Source: Eukaryota sp. TZLM1-RC
Lineage: Eukaryota > Protista > Metamonada: BaSk clade
DNA length: 64,000 bases
Direction: 5' to 3'
NCBI GenBank assembly: GCA_040285825.1
Contig: JAUPSS010000004.1
Span: forward strand, 62,001 to 126,000
Below are positions 10,999 to 22,419 of this stretch, in pieces. The position numbers and the translations under genes were made by a program. Every line of letters starts with the position of its first letter. The stretch's first letter is position 1. The notes under the pieces are model-generated. The model was not told the DNA's origin and made no database searches. It saw only the letters and a program-made list of their open reading frames with translations.

Positions 10999-11019
10999 GT
11001 TCGAATCCCACCACACGCA
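10999..11019 (+). pseudogene. 3' fragment of a tRNA gene (T-loop to discriminator)
   Basis: G-TTCGAAT-CCCAC-CACACGC-A parses as T-loop + 5-nt T-stem strand + 7-nt acceptor strand + discriminator. The 5' part is absent. Confidence 0.55.
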
Positions 11020-11021
11020 CA

Positions 11022-12500
11022 TTGTCTAGTGCCTCTCCATTGAGAGGTGCTAATTCTAGTGATCACGTCAGCAATGACGTGATCGATTCTCGTAGTGAGC
11101 TTCGGCTCGCTACAAATAACCACTGTGGTGGGAAGGGGGGTTTTTGCCTTGTGTCCCTTTGTGTCAGTCGCCAAAATTCTAATCAAATTTCTGATGATCC
11201 CTTTTCTGCTAATATTGAAAATTTGGACCAAAATTCTAATCAAATTTCTCAAAATTCAAGTGACCCTAATTTAATTTGTCAAAATCTGAGAGAGAGAGAG
11301 AAGTGGTGTAAATAAGTTCTGTTGCTTTGTGTCGCTCTGTCCCAGAACTGAACCGTTCTCTAAGCGGTCTGGGTTGACAAGGCATTTGATGAAAAAGCAT
11401 CCTGATGTCAGCATTGATGTTTTAAAAGACAATGGATACACAAGATGTAGCTGCTCTGACATCATTTCTGTAGAAGGCATTGGGATGCATATAACCAAGA
11501 AAGGCTGTACGTTTTCTTTAAGTGATTCACTCAATAATTCAGAGAGTTCTCCTCTTCCTTCTGAAGACTCTCCCATTCAAATGTATCATCAACCCATTAA
11601 CCCAAGCCAACGTTATGGACTTGTGTTTGGGTATCAGCAGGGTCCTCTTGTGGCTGAACCTGATTCAGATGTTTCCATCCATTTGTTTGTTCTTCTGGCC
11701 TTGATAGTGCTCCTGTTGTCCCTATTGACGCTAATGATGATGGTGCTGAATTTACTCCATTCATATTTCCTGGTGACCAGGAAAACATACCTGAATCGAA
11801 TGCTTCCATTGATACTAATGTTAATGTAAATCCCTTGGAGATTTACACAGATGGATCATTTCTTAAAAAAAGTAGTAAAGCTGGCTTTGGTGGCTTCTAT
11901 ACTTTCAAAGATAAGCGATTCGAAATTTATGGCCCATCACGGCACAACACCCATAACGCAGCTGAGTTTGAAGCTGTCTTGATGTCCATTAAATCGTTAG
12001 TGTTGCTCTCTGACTGTCCACAACACATTATCATTTTTTCTGACAGTAGCCTTGTCGTTGATTCTTTTAACCTAGAAGCACCCTTAAAAAACCCTACTGT
12101 CAAGAGAATCCGCTGCCAAATCAAGGATCTCATCAATAGTTCTCGTTTTAGACTTTTCTCCTTCTCTTTTAAAAAAGTGTTGGCACACTCAGACAATGCT
12201 AATAATAATGTTGCTGATGTTTTAGCAAAACGTGGCGCTAATGGCTCTGAATGTTCACTGCTGAAGTATTTAAGAACACGTTATCATGTTCTTGAAGGCC
12301 CTATACCACTTTGTTCATTACCACCTGACCACTGTGAACAGATTGCTGATAGTGCTCCCCTTGACTCGTCCATTTTAGAAAAATCACACAATTGTCCTAT
12401 CTGTCCCAGTTTCTTTTCCAAAGCAAGATCCTTATGCTGCCATATTGATACGCACCACTCCTCTATAGACACTGACACATTACACATTAATAATCTGGTT
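11022..12500 (+). mobile_element. 5' part of a non-LTR element (family C): C2H2 zinc finger - RNase H - C2H2 zinc finger, frameshifted, RT missing
   Basis: CFVSLC..HLMKKH finger. Frameshifts at the (AG)n run ~11290 and at ~11680. Homologous to the 5' end of the RT-bearing element at 17549. Confidence 0.75.
11027..11131 (+). ncRNA. Structured 5' leader of element C (three strong hairpins)
   Basis: 11-bp stem 11027-11052 (2 G-U). Perfect 10-bp stem with GCAA loop 11061-11084. 9-bp stem with C(UUCG)G loop 11092-11113. The wobble pairs favour the + strand. Confidence 0.6.
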
Positions 12501-12527
12501 CAAACTTCCAACTACTGGAAAATCTAA
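11835..12527 (+). CDS. RNase HI domain followed by a C2H2 zinc finger
   Basis: IYTDGS, THNAAEFEA, IFSDS and AHS..N..ADVLAKRGA give the D-E-D-D tetrad; then CPICPSFF..LCCHIDTHH. Confidence 0.9.
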   Translation: MEIYTDGSFLKKSSKAGFGGFYTFKDKRFEIYGPSRHNTHNAAEFEAVLMSIKSLVLLSDCPQHIIIFSDSSLVVDSFNLEAPLKNPTVKRIRCQIKDLINSSRFRLFSFSFKKVLAHSDNANNNVADVLAKRGANGSECSLLKYLRTRYHVLEGPIPLCSLPPDHCEQIADSAPLDSSILEKSHNCPICPSFFSKARSLCCHIDTHHSSIDTDTLHINNLVQTSNYWKI

Positions 12528-13050
12528 TGAACTTGCTGGTAGACTAGTCGACTATATTTTTGCTGAAGATATGTCCAGTTACAGACGCATTCGCGGATTA
12601 CCACTCATTGATACTAATCACTGTTTTTGGATCTGGTACAACAGCGAAAGATTGAACGTATTGCTAACTTACGTATGCCGAATGATTGTTGGAGATTGAA
12701 AGGACGCAGAGTCCGTAGTTATCCTCACATCAAACGTAACGGTAAAACCCATTACATAAGAGTGCTTGCTGACTCATATATATATTCAGCTGATGCATGG
12801 GTTGGAAGAAGTTTGTGGAAATAATGAGGCAAGTCATCTCTGTGGAAAGGATTGGTGTATTAATCCAAACCACATCATTTTTGAATCAAGCTGGTATAAT
12901 TCCACACGAAACTATTGCCATTGCCTTGTTCAATCTGCTGCTAAATGTATTCACAAGCCCAAATGTTTTAGATGTATTCAAATCAGTCGTGAACAATTCT
13001 TGATGACTGTATTTGGTTCAACACAAAAACAGTATAGTGATTTGGTTTAA
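12500..13050 (+). pseudogene. His-Cys box (I-PpoI-like, His-Me finger) homing-type endonuclease, copy 1, frameshifted
   Basis: DCWRL..YPHIK..THIY..EASHLCGKDWCINPNHIIFES..N..RNYC..C.H.P.C. Confidence 0.8.
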
Positions 13051-13118
13051 ATTGATTATAAAAATAGTGTGATGGTCATTAAAAGAGTTGAAACTATCGA
13101 TCAATTTGTTCATTTCAT

Positions 13119-13721
13119 ATGGTTGTTCTTCATCCGAAAGCAACCAATCCTTCATATGTGAAGAAACGTAAGGCATCTTCACACGCTTCTCCTCCTGCCA
13201 AATTGCCTACAAAAGTGACTTCTCCTACCTCACTTTATACTGTCTCTGCAGCAGAATGCTCCTCCTTGTCTTCCCCAACGGTTCAACCCAGTGATCAACC
13301 CAGTGATGAGATTGTGTGTGAACATACTGCTGATTCTGTATCTGTTCCTGCAATTGAACCCAAAACTGATACTCCTACAAAAGTGCCTTATTCAGAAAAA
13401 CGGGCACGCCAAAAGGCGTTCACATCAACTGGCTTTTCATCAAATCAGTTACGCAGAACACGTGAACGTCTGATGGCAAGTTCACAATCGGAGCAAGAAC
13501 AACCAAAAATGCTCGTAACATGCACTGGTGAAGGAAAGAATCGACAGTACTTCATCACAATGCATGATGAATTTGAAATGGATCATTTTCTTGCCTCTGA
13601 CAAATGGATTGTTAATCCTGATGTGTATAGAAGAAGAGGACAGAAAGGTCCATTTACATCCATCAAAGATTTTTGTCAAGAAACAGAAACAGATGATGGT
13701 TATGTCAGTCAAGAGATTTAG
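13119..13721 (+). CDS. Hypothetical 200 aa Ser/Pro-rich protein with an NLS-like KKRK
   Basis: Intact ATG ORF. Copies at 15025 (1-nt insertion) and 16793 (truncated). No recognised domain. Confidence 0.45.
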   Translation: MVVLHPKATNPSYVKKRKASSHASPPAKLPTKVTSPTSLYTVSAAECSSLSSPTVQPSDQPSDEIVCEHTADSVSVPAIEPKTDTPTKVPYSEKRARQKAFTSTGFSSNQLRRTRERLMASSQSEQEQPKMLVTCTGEGKNRQYFITMHDEFEMDHFLASDKWIVNPDVYRRRGQKGPFTSIKDFCQETETDDGYVSQEI

Positions 13722-13953
13722 TTGGTTGTTTGTCCAGATGAATAGAATTTGAATTGTTTTGTAATTGTTTTGACTTATAAATCGATGTTTTTCGTAATAA
13801 TTTTTTCCTTATTTCATGAATTTCCTATAAAATCTGGTAATAACACATAAAATACAAGGCATTATTTGCAATATTTTTGCTAAATTCATTTTGTATTTTT
13901 TGTTATAGGAAACGGAATTTTCAATCATTCTGATTAATATAGATGACGGATTT

Positions 13954-13978
13954 TCGGGTTCGATTCCCAGTGGGGTCA
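13954..13978 (+). pseudogene. 3' tRNA fragment
   Basis: GGG-TTCGATT-CCCAG-TGGGGTC-A; no recognisable D-arm or acceptor 5' strand upstream. Confidence 0.45.
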
Positions 13979-14405
13979 TATATTTTCTATGTCAGTACAT
14001 AAAACTAGCAGGCTTTTGCTGCCAAATCAAGGATCTCATCAATAGTTCTCGTTTTAGACTTTTCTCCTTCTCTTTTAAGAAAGTGTTGGCACACTCAGAC
14101 AATGCTAATAATAATGTTGCTGATGTTTTAGCAAAACGTGGCGCTAATGGCTCTGAATGTTCACTGCTGAAGTATTTAAGAACACGTTATCATGTTCTTG
14201 AAGGCCCTATACCACTTTGTTCATTACCACCTGACCACTGTGAACAGATTGCTGATAGTGCTCCCCTTGACTCGTCCATTTTAGAAAAATCACACAATTG
14301 TCCTATCTGTCCCAGTTTCTTTTCCAAAGCAAGATCCTTATGCTGCCATATTGATACGCACCACTCCTCTATAGACACTGACACATTACACATTAATAAT
14401 CTGGT

Positions 14406-14956
14406 TCAAACTTCCAACTACTGGAAAATCTAATGAACTTGCTGGTAGACTAGTCGACTATATTTTTGCTGAAGATATGTCCAGTTACAGACGCATTCGC
14501 GGATTACCACTCATTGATACTAATCACTGTTTTTGGATCTGGTACAACAGCGAAAGATTGAACGTATTGCTAACTTACGTATGCCGAATGATTGTTGGAG
14601 ATTGAAAGGACGCAGAGTCCGTAGTTATCCTCACATCAAACGTAACGGTAAAACCCATTACATAAGAGTGCTTGCTGACTCATATATATATTCAGCTGAT
14701 GCATGGGTTGGAAGAAGTTTGTGGAAATAATGAGGCAAGTCATCTCTGTGGAAAGGATTGGTGTATTAATCCAAACCACATCATTTTTGAATCAAGCTGG
14801 TATAATTCCACACGAAACTATTGCCATTGCCTTGTTCAATCTGCTGCTAAATGTATTCACAAGCCCAAATGTTTTAGATGTATTCAAATCAGTCGTGAAC
14901 AATTCTTGATGACTGTATTTGGTTCAACACAAAAACAGTATAGTGATTTGGTTTAA
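14406..14956 (+). pseudogene. His-Cys box endonuclease, copy 2 (preceded by an RNase H C-terminal fragment, 14018-14433)
   Basis: Same translation as copy 1. Confidence 0.8.
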
Positions 14957-15860
14957 ATTGATTATAAAAATAGTGTGATGGTCATTAAAAGAGTTGAAAC
15001 TATCGATCAATTTGTTCATTTCATATGGTTGTTCTTCATCCGAAAGCAACCAATCCTTCATATGTGAAGAAACGTAAGGCATCTTCACACGCTTCTCCTC
15101 CTGCCAAATTGCCTACAAAAGTGACTTCTCCTACCTCACTTTATACTGTCTCTGCAGCAGAATGCTCCTCCTTGTCTTCCCCAACGGTTCAACCCAGTGA
15201 TCAACCCAGTGATGAGATTGTGTGTGAACATACTGCTGATTCTGTATCTGTTCCTGCAATTGAACCCAAAACTGATACTCCTACAAAAGTGCCTTATTCA
15301 GAAAAACGGGCACGCCAAAAGGCGTTCACATCAACTGGCTTTTCATCAAATCAGTTACGCAGAACACGTGAACGTCTGATGGCAAGTTCACAATCGGAGC
15401 AAGAACAACCAAAAATGCTCGTAACATGCACTGGTGAAGGAAAAGAATCGACAGTACTTCATCACAATGCATGATGAATTTGAAATGGATCATTTTCTTG
15501 CCTCTGACAAATGGATTGTTAATCCTGATGTGTATAGAAGAAGAGGACAGAAAGGTCCATTTACATCCATCAAAGATTTTTGTCAAGAAACAGAAACAGA
15601 TGATGGTTATGTCAGTCAAGAGATTTAGTTGGTTGTTTGTCCAGATGAATAGAATTTGAATTGTTTTGTAATTGTTTTGACTTATAAATCGATGTTTTTC
15701 GTAATAATTTTTTCCTTATTTCATGAATTTCCTATAAAATCTGGTAATAACACATAAAATACAAGGCATTATTTGCAATATTTTTGCTAAATTCATTTTG
15801 TATTTTTTGTTATAGGAAACGGAATTTTCAATCATTCTGATTAATATAGATGACGGATTT

Positions 15861-15885
15861 TCGGGTTCGATTCCCAGTGGGGTCA
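15861..15885 (+). pseudogene. 3' tRNA fragment (duplicate of 13954-13978)
   Basis: Identical sequence. Confidence 0.45.
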
Positions 15886-16066
15886 TATATTTTCTATGTC
15901 AGTACATAAAACTAGCAGGCTTTTGCTGCCAAATCAAGGATCTCATCAATAGTTCTCGTTTTAGACTTTTCTCCTTCTCTTTTAAGAAAGTGTTGGCACA
16001 CTCAGACAATGCTAATAATAATGTTGCAGATGACACTAGTCATTTGCGAGAGAGAGATTTGGACTT

Positions 16067-16724
16067 TTGCCTGTACCGGTATGTTTGAAAAGAGCAGCTG
16101 ATTTCTTCAACCCTGCATGGCATGCTGGAATTTTGCATCTGTTAATCAAAAGATTGAATCAAAAGTTGCCCATCAAACTTCCAACTACTGGAAAATCTAA
16201 TGAACTTGCTGGTAGACTAGTCGACTATATTTTTGCTGAAGATATGTCCAGTTACAGACGCATTCGCGGATTACCACTCATTGATACTCAATCACTGTTT
16301 TTGGATCTGGTACAACAGCGAAAGATTGAACGTATTGCTAACTTACGTATGCCGAATGATTGTTGGAGATTGAAAGGACGCAGAGTCCGTAGTTATCCTC
16401 ACATCAAACGTAACGGTAAAACCCATTACATAAGAGTGCTTGCTGACTCATATATATATTCAGCTGATGCATGGGTTGGAAGAAGTTTGTGGAAATAATG
16501 AGGCAAGTCATCTCTGTGGAAAGGATTGGTGTATTAATCCAAACCACATCATTTTTGAATCAAGCTGGTATAATTCCACACGAAACTATTGCCATTGCCT
16601 TGTTCAATCTGCTGCTAAATGTATTCACAAGCCCAAATGTTTTAGATGTATTCAAATCAGTCGTGAACAATTCTTGATGACTGTATTTGGTTCAACACAA
16701 AAACAGTATAGTGATTTGGTTTAA
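16067..16724 (+). pseudogene. His-Cys box endonuclease, copy 3, with a longer N-terminus
   Basis: Open from 16067 to YPHIKRNGK, then one +1 shift into the SHLC..C.NP.H..E domain. Lacks the 1-nt deletion seen in copies 1-2. Confidence 0.8.
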
Positions 16725-17548
16725 ATTGATTATAAAAATAGTGTGATGGTCATTAAAAGAGTTGAAACTATCGATCAATTTGTTCATTTCATATGGTTGT
16801 TCTTCATCCGAAAGCAACCAACCCTTCATATGTGAAGAAACGTAAGGCATCTTCACACACTTCTCCCCCTGCCAAATTGCCTACAAAAGTGACTTCTCCT
16901 ACCTCACTTTATACTGTCTCTGCAGCAGAATGCTCCTCCTTGTCTTCCCCAACGGTTCAACCCAGTGATCAACCCAGTGATGAGATTGTGTGTGAACATA
17001 CTGCTGATTCTGTATCTGTTCCTGCAATTGAACCCAAAACTGATACTCCTACAAAAGTGCCTTATTCAGAAAAACGGGCACGCCAAAAGGCGTTCACATC
17101 AACTGGCTTTTCATCAAATCAGTTACGCAGAACACGTGAACGTCTGATGGCAAGTTCACAATCGGAGCAAGAACAACCAAAAATGCTCGTAACATGCACT
17201 GGAGTTTTTACTTTGCAATGTTTTTTGAAAGACATTACAATGTTTATTTGTGTTCAAAAAGTAAGTTCGATAATCATTTGGTTATCGAAGTATGGTAAGT
17301 CACATGTGAAAATTGTGTAAGTTGTGAGGCTCCTAAAGTTTTCGTAAAATCTTGCGAAGCAAGGAAGGGAATTAATGCGTCCTAATTAATGCAGCCTATC
17401 CAGAATACGGGTAATATTCAAACAAGGTCAAGATTTGAAAATGAACAACCTTCCTTAGTTGGCATTATGAATATGCTGAAATTCCACTGGCAATACGCAA
17501 TGCCAGGAAAGACACTTCAAAAACAACTAAGATCTGGCGAACTCCCGA

Positions 17549-20500
17549 ACGCTACAAATAACCACTGTGGTGGGAGGGGGGGGGGTTGTCCTTTTTCTCA
17601 AAATTTAGGTGATCCTAATTCAAATTTTCAAAATTTAAATCAAAAAAGTGGTGTAAACAAGTTCTGTTGCTTTGTGTCGCTCTGTCCCAGAACTGAACCC
17701 TTCTCTAAGCGGTCTGAGTTGACAAGACACTTGAAGAAAATGCATCCTGATGTGAGCACTGATATCCTGAAAAATAATGGATACATGAGATGCAGTTGCA
17801 CAGACATCATTTCTGTTGAAGGCATTGGGATGCATGTAACCAGGAAAGGCTGTTCGATTCCTGTCAGTGATCTACTTGATAATTCAGAGAGTTCACCGCT
17901 TCCCTCTGAAGACTCTCCCATTCAAATGTATCATCAACCCATTAACCCAAGCCAACGTTATGGACTTGTGTTTGGGTATCAGCAGGGTCCTCTTGTGGCT
18001 GAACCTGATTCATATGGTCATGTTGGTCACTACAGAAATCAAATGGCAGACAAGCTGGCAAATATCGGTGCCCTAGGAAACACAAGTCCGAACATGAAAC
18101 AACTCACTCCCTCAAAGTTAAGCCAACGAAGACCGCCTAAACCAATATCCATCATGAATCCCATAACCTTCTCACAAGTTGGAAACGTTCCTGACAGTTG
18201 TTCTAAAAACATATGTTCATTTTGTGATGACGATTTTGAAAGATCACGGGACCTCTGCTCACATCTTAAAGAAAACCACTCCGCCCTTACACAGGATGAA
18301 CTGTTACTGAATCAATTTTGTAGATGTCCATGTTGCCAAAACATATTTACAACAAGGGGATTTGATATTCATTGGAATTCCCAGCACCAAGTCCCTCAAG
18401 AACACTTGATTCCAGAAATTTCAGATAACACAATGATTGAGCTCACACGACGTTTTGGTTCGCTGAATTACACAAGATTGAAAAGCAAAGTGTCTTGGAA
18501 ATATGCCATTGATTATATCTCAAATAACACAACTATTTCACAAGAACAAAAATGCCGTTACCTTTTGCTACTCCCAATAGTTTGCCTAAAAATTAACAAA
18601 GGCTCTTACATTGTAAATTTAATTCAATTCATATCGAACATTCAATCAATCAACACAGGATCAGACTCATCACAAGTGATTGACTCCATGCTTTGCAAAA
18701 CCTTTATACTTTAAATTGAGTTCAATTAATGATAAATTAAACTTTAGAGTTGGTTCATTTCGGTAAGGCGATGCCTTTACTCGAACACGATGTTACCCCA
18801 TTTCAATAAATCAAAGAAAAGATCACCGAGTAACTTCAAAAATTGCATCCATCTGGAGAAGTTGCTGATATCGATCCAGGTTCGCCTGAGATCGAGTTAT
18901 TTATTGAAGATGTAACTGGCGCTCTTAGAACAATGTGCACTGCTTCTTCCGGTGGTCCCACAATGTGAACGAAGAAGTTGATTCCTTCGGGAGCTTCGAT
19001 GATATGATTTGGTATATCTCGAAGGTACTTCATAATGGTCCTCAAGACGAAAGTCAAGAGGTTCTTGTTGAGGTCCTTTTAAATTCTCGTCTAGTACCCA
19101 TCCCCAAAAACGACGGTCATAAGTAAGACCTTTGGCCGTCGGAGAACTGTTCTACCGGATAAACGCCAAGGCTATACTCCGAAAGCATGACCCAAAAAAA
19201 TTAACAATCAATGGACAATTTGGTGTTAAAATCCCTTGTGGAGCTGAAGCCATTATCCATTCTGTAAGACAATCTACCACCACAGATCGATTTTCTCATT
19301 TGTTGAAAATTGATATAGCGAATGCTTTTAATAGTATTCATCAATGTGAAATTTTGAAAAATTTGAAGAACTTAGCGCCAGAAATGGTACCGTCCTTTCT
19401 AAAAATTTACGGAAGGAGCTCTAAGCTTTTCCATTCGGAAGGAAGCATTGAGTCATCATGTGGTGTGAAACAGGGAGACCCACTTGGTCCGTATGTCTTT
19501 GCCGAAGGCTTAGATGATATCATGTCCAAAATGAGTTCTGAATTCCCAGATGCCATGTCTCTAGGTTATCTGAACAATGAAGCAGTTCTTTGCACTAGCA
19601 AAGAACAATGTACTAATTTCCTTGGCTTGTTGTCGAAACTAAGTGCCCCTGTTGGATGCAACGTCAACCGTGAGAAATACGAGATAGTTCAACTATCAAA
19701 CAACACACCCTTTGACATCTTAGGATGTCCTATCGGTTCCCTATCCCCAAATCAGAGTGATTTAAAAGTTAAAGAGCTAGAAAAGTGTCTAGTAAGCTTA
19801 GAGAAACTTCCTTTGCAATATCGCTTGTTACTTTTAAGAATGTGTATTCAACCCAAACTAGGATTCCTTGCTCGCGCTTGGACCCCTGACCTGGCAAATT
19901 CACTTTTGGAAAAGTTTCATGAATTGGTCTGTAATTGCATAAAAAATTGGTTCAAGACGGAAGTTCTCTTTGATGGGTTGGTCTCCTTGCCAATGAACTG
20001 GGTCGGCCTCGGAATGACAGATTAAAGTAAGGTTAGCGTTCTTGCCAATGCAAGTAGTCTAGCAAGTAGTATTGTTGTGGTAAATAGGTATAAAATTAAA
20101 ATTATGGACCTATATACAGAATCAACAATATCTCGTCTAGATTATCTGTTAGGTAGTTTCGTTGACCCCAAACATGTTAGTTCATTCCTAGAACACAGCA
20201 TTGCTGATCTAAGAAGAATGCAAAAATTTGAGACACGTATCTACCACTCCGCGAAGCAACTCTTCGATGAATATACGGACTATTTCAAAAAGCCAGCAAT
20301 GTCTTCAGAGGTGGTTCTTTTTCCAGAAGAGTGCAAAGCCAGCAATGTATCAGCGATATTTAGAACTCTCAGACATGAGGTTGAGCTGCAATTAACGCCT
20401 GAGTGTCACAGGTGGTTAACAGTTGTTTCTACTGAAAGACAATTGAGACTAGACGATAATGCTATGATGAGCGGAGTAGGAAGAAGACTCATGCATACCA

Positions 20501-20870
20501 AGCCTCGATCCAAGTGTGGTTACCCTAGTTGTGGAGCGAAAGACATAGTGGTAGCCATTTTGTCAATTGCAAGACTTTTAGAGAAGTAATAGAGCGTCAT
20601 GATTCATTAGTACAAATTACTGAGAGGGCAATATGATTTAGGATTGAGCCAAAGAGTGAGTTCAATAGATGATCTCAAGCTAGTAGTAATCGATAAGTCA
20701 TCTAGAACTGCCTATGACCTTACAGTCGTTGGTGGTGGTGAAGGAGCCCTTACGTCCCGTGTCGCATCGACAGTGAAGCGTAAGAAGTTTGAACATAAAA
20801 AACTCATCAGAGGTTCAGAGGTTCAGGAATATAATCATCATTGGGCTGATCAACTTTTACCTTCTTGACA
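17549..20870 (+). mobile_element. Degenerate near-full-length CRE-like REL non-LTR retrotransposon (ZnF - RNase H tail - 2 ZnF - RT - CCHC - REL)
   Basis: ORF 17389-18714 has zinc fingers and GH.G...N.MADKLA..GA. RT motifs: RLVPIPK, AVGE, QFGV, DIANAFNS, GVKQGDPLGP, and YLNN (decayed YLDD). Then LP..VGLG, ERHD and YDLTV. Multiple stops and frameshifts. Confidence 0.88.
19132..20025 (+). pseudogene. Non-LTR reverse transcriptase domain (catalytic DD replaced by NN)
   Basis: KIDIANAFNS, GVKQGDPLGP, GYLNN, ILGCPIG. Confidence 0.9.
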
Positions 20871-22398
20871 GGGAAAGACAAAGCACTGATCAGATTTCCA
20901 CATCAAACTTCACTACTGATACAATTATATATCAATTGATTAAAAGATGCATAGTTGAAGTATTGAAAGTCAAAGTTCAAAAAAATTTGACCATTTAAGT
21001 TAAAACTCACTGAAACCAAATTGAAACTGTTCAAACTCTTGGTAGAAGTGCTGTTTATGAGGAAAAAATGTGATCATCTCGCTAATCCCCGTATTCTTGA
21101 AATCAAAAATGCCCAGGATAAATTTTTAGTTTCGTGTAACAAAGCCAAGATTACAAACGTCAAGCAGAATAAATCTTCAGCTTGTTGGTATTTGACAAAG
21201 TCAAGATTGAGAGAATGTCCACATATCAAGATCGATACAGTTTTTTGGTATATGCCTGCTTGAGTAAATAACAAAAATGTTGATTAATACAACATTTCAG
21301 AAAGAAGAGACCAAACATGCTAAGAAATAAATAAATAAAAATATGCTAAGCAGACTGACACAATAAATGAAAATTGAGAATATATTAAGTTCAATATTTC
21401 TAAATAATTCCTGGCAAACAAAACAGCGTAGACTTTAGGAAGAAACTGATAAAAATAAAATACAGTTGAATCAAATTTGTTGAGGTAAAAAAAGAAACCC
21501 TCAATTTAATTCATCAATAAAATTGTTGCAAGTATTAAACCTACAAAGATATAAAAACATGTAGACTATACAGACACATGTAATCAGATTTTTCTTGACC
21601 GTAATCAACCTCGAACAGTTAAAAACTGAATGATTAATGATTATTCAGTCGTTGATGTACTTAAGAATAGAGACCCTAAATGAAGAGAATTACTCTCAAT
21701 ATTTGGTAGAGACTCTGATAAAATGTTTGCAAATTAGTAACAATAACAAAATCAATAGATAGCAATAAAATAAAAAAAAATGACAATAAAATTAAGTAAA
21801 AAACCATGACTGAGAACAAATTAAAGAACCTGAATTGGTGACAAAAACTGCTGGTTAAAGGAAATTCACAATTGATTTAAGAAATAGAAATAGCAAAAAA
21901 AATGAAAGTGAAATGGGTAGTAATAAACCACAACACACACAATCAATTTAGTGAATAATCAAAAATTCTGAATACAAAACTGACAATACTAACTGACAAA
22001 TAGGGTTAAACCTCAAACTTTAATTAACTACAGACATACTTAAACAAGCAACAAGTAAACAAAAGAACCAGAAATACAATCTTTAATGAGCATATTATAT
22101 AACAACTACTTGATGAAAAAGTTCTGAAATTGAAGAAAGAAGAAGAGTAAATCAGAATTGGTTGTAAGCCTTAAACTGCAGAACAATTCAAAAACAAATT
22201 CAAATTTGTTGAACTTTTGCAAATGTTTTGAATAAAGAATAAAGGAAAGTCAAAGTTCATTTCATTCGGTCTTAATGGAATTCTTGCCTAAGACTAATTG
22301 TAAATAATGATAATGTGATAAAAAGGCAAATGAACCAAACAAATTGTGTCTTGTAGAGGGTCCAATCATGGGTGCGAGCTAAAAATCAATAGTCGAGC

Positions 22399-22419
22399 GT
22401 TCGATTCCTGGTGAGGGCG
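22399..22419 (+). pseudogene. 3' tRNA fragment
   Basis: G-TTCGATT-CCTGG-TGAGGGC-G; the 5' T-stem partner is absent. Confidence 0.4.

Larger units (their letters stand above)
12112..17203. repeat. Tandem segmental duplication, ~1906 bp period (two full copies + a rearranged third)
   Basis: GCTGCCAAATCAAGGATCTC at 12112, 14018 and 15925. The third copy diverges at ~16033, rejoins at ~16173 and ends at ~17203. Confidence 0.95.
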
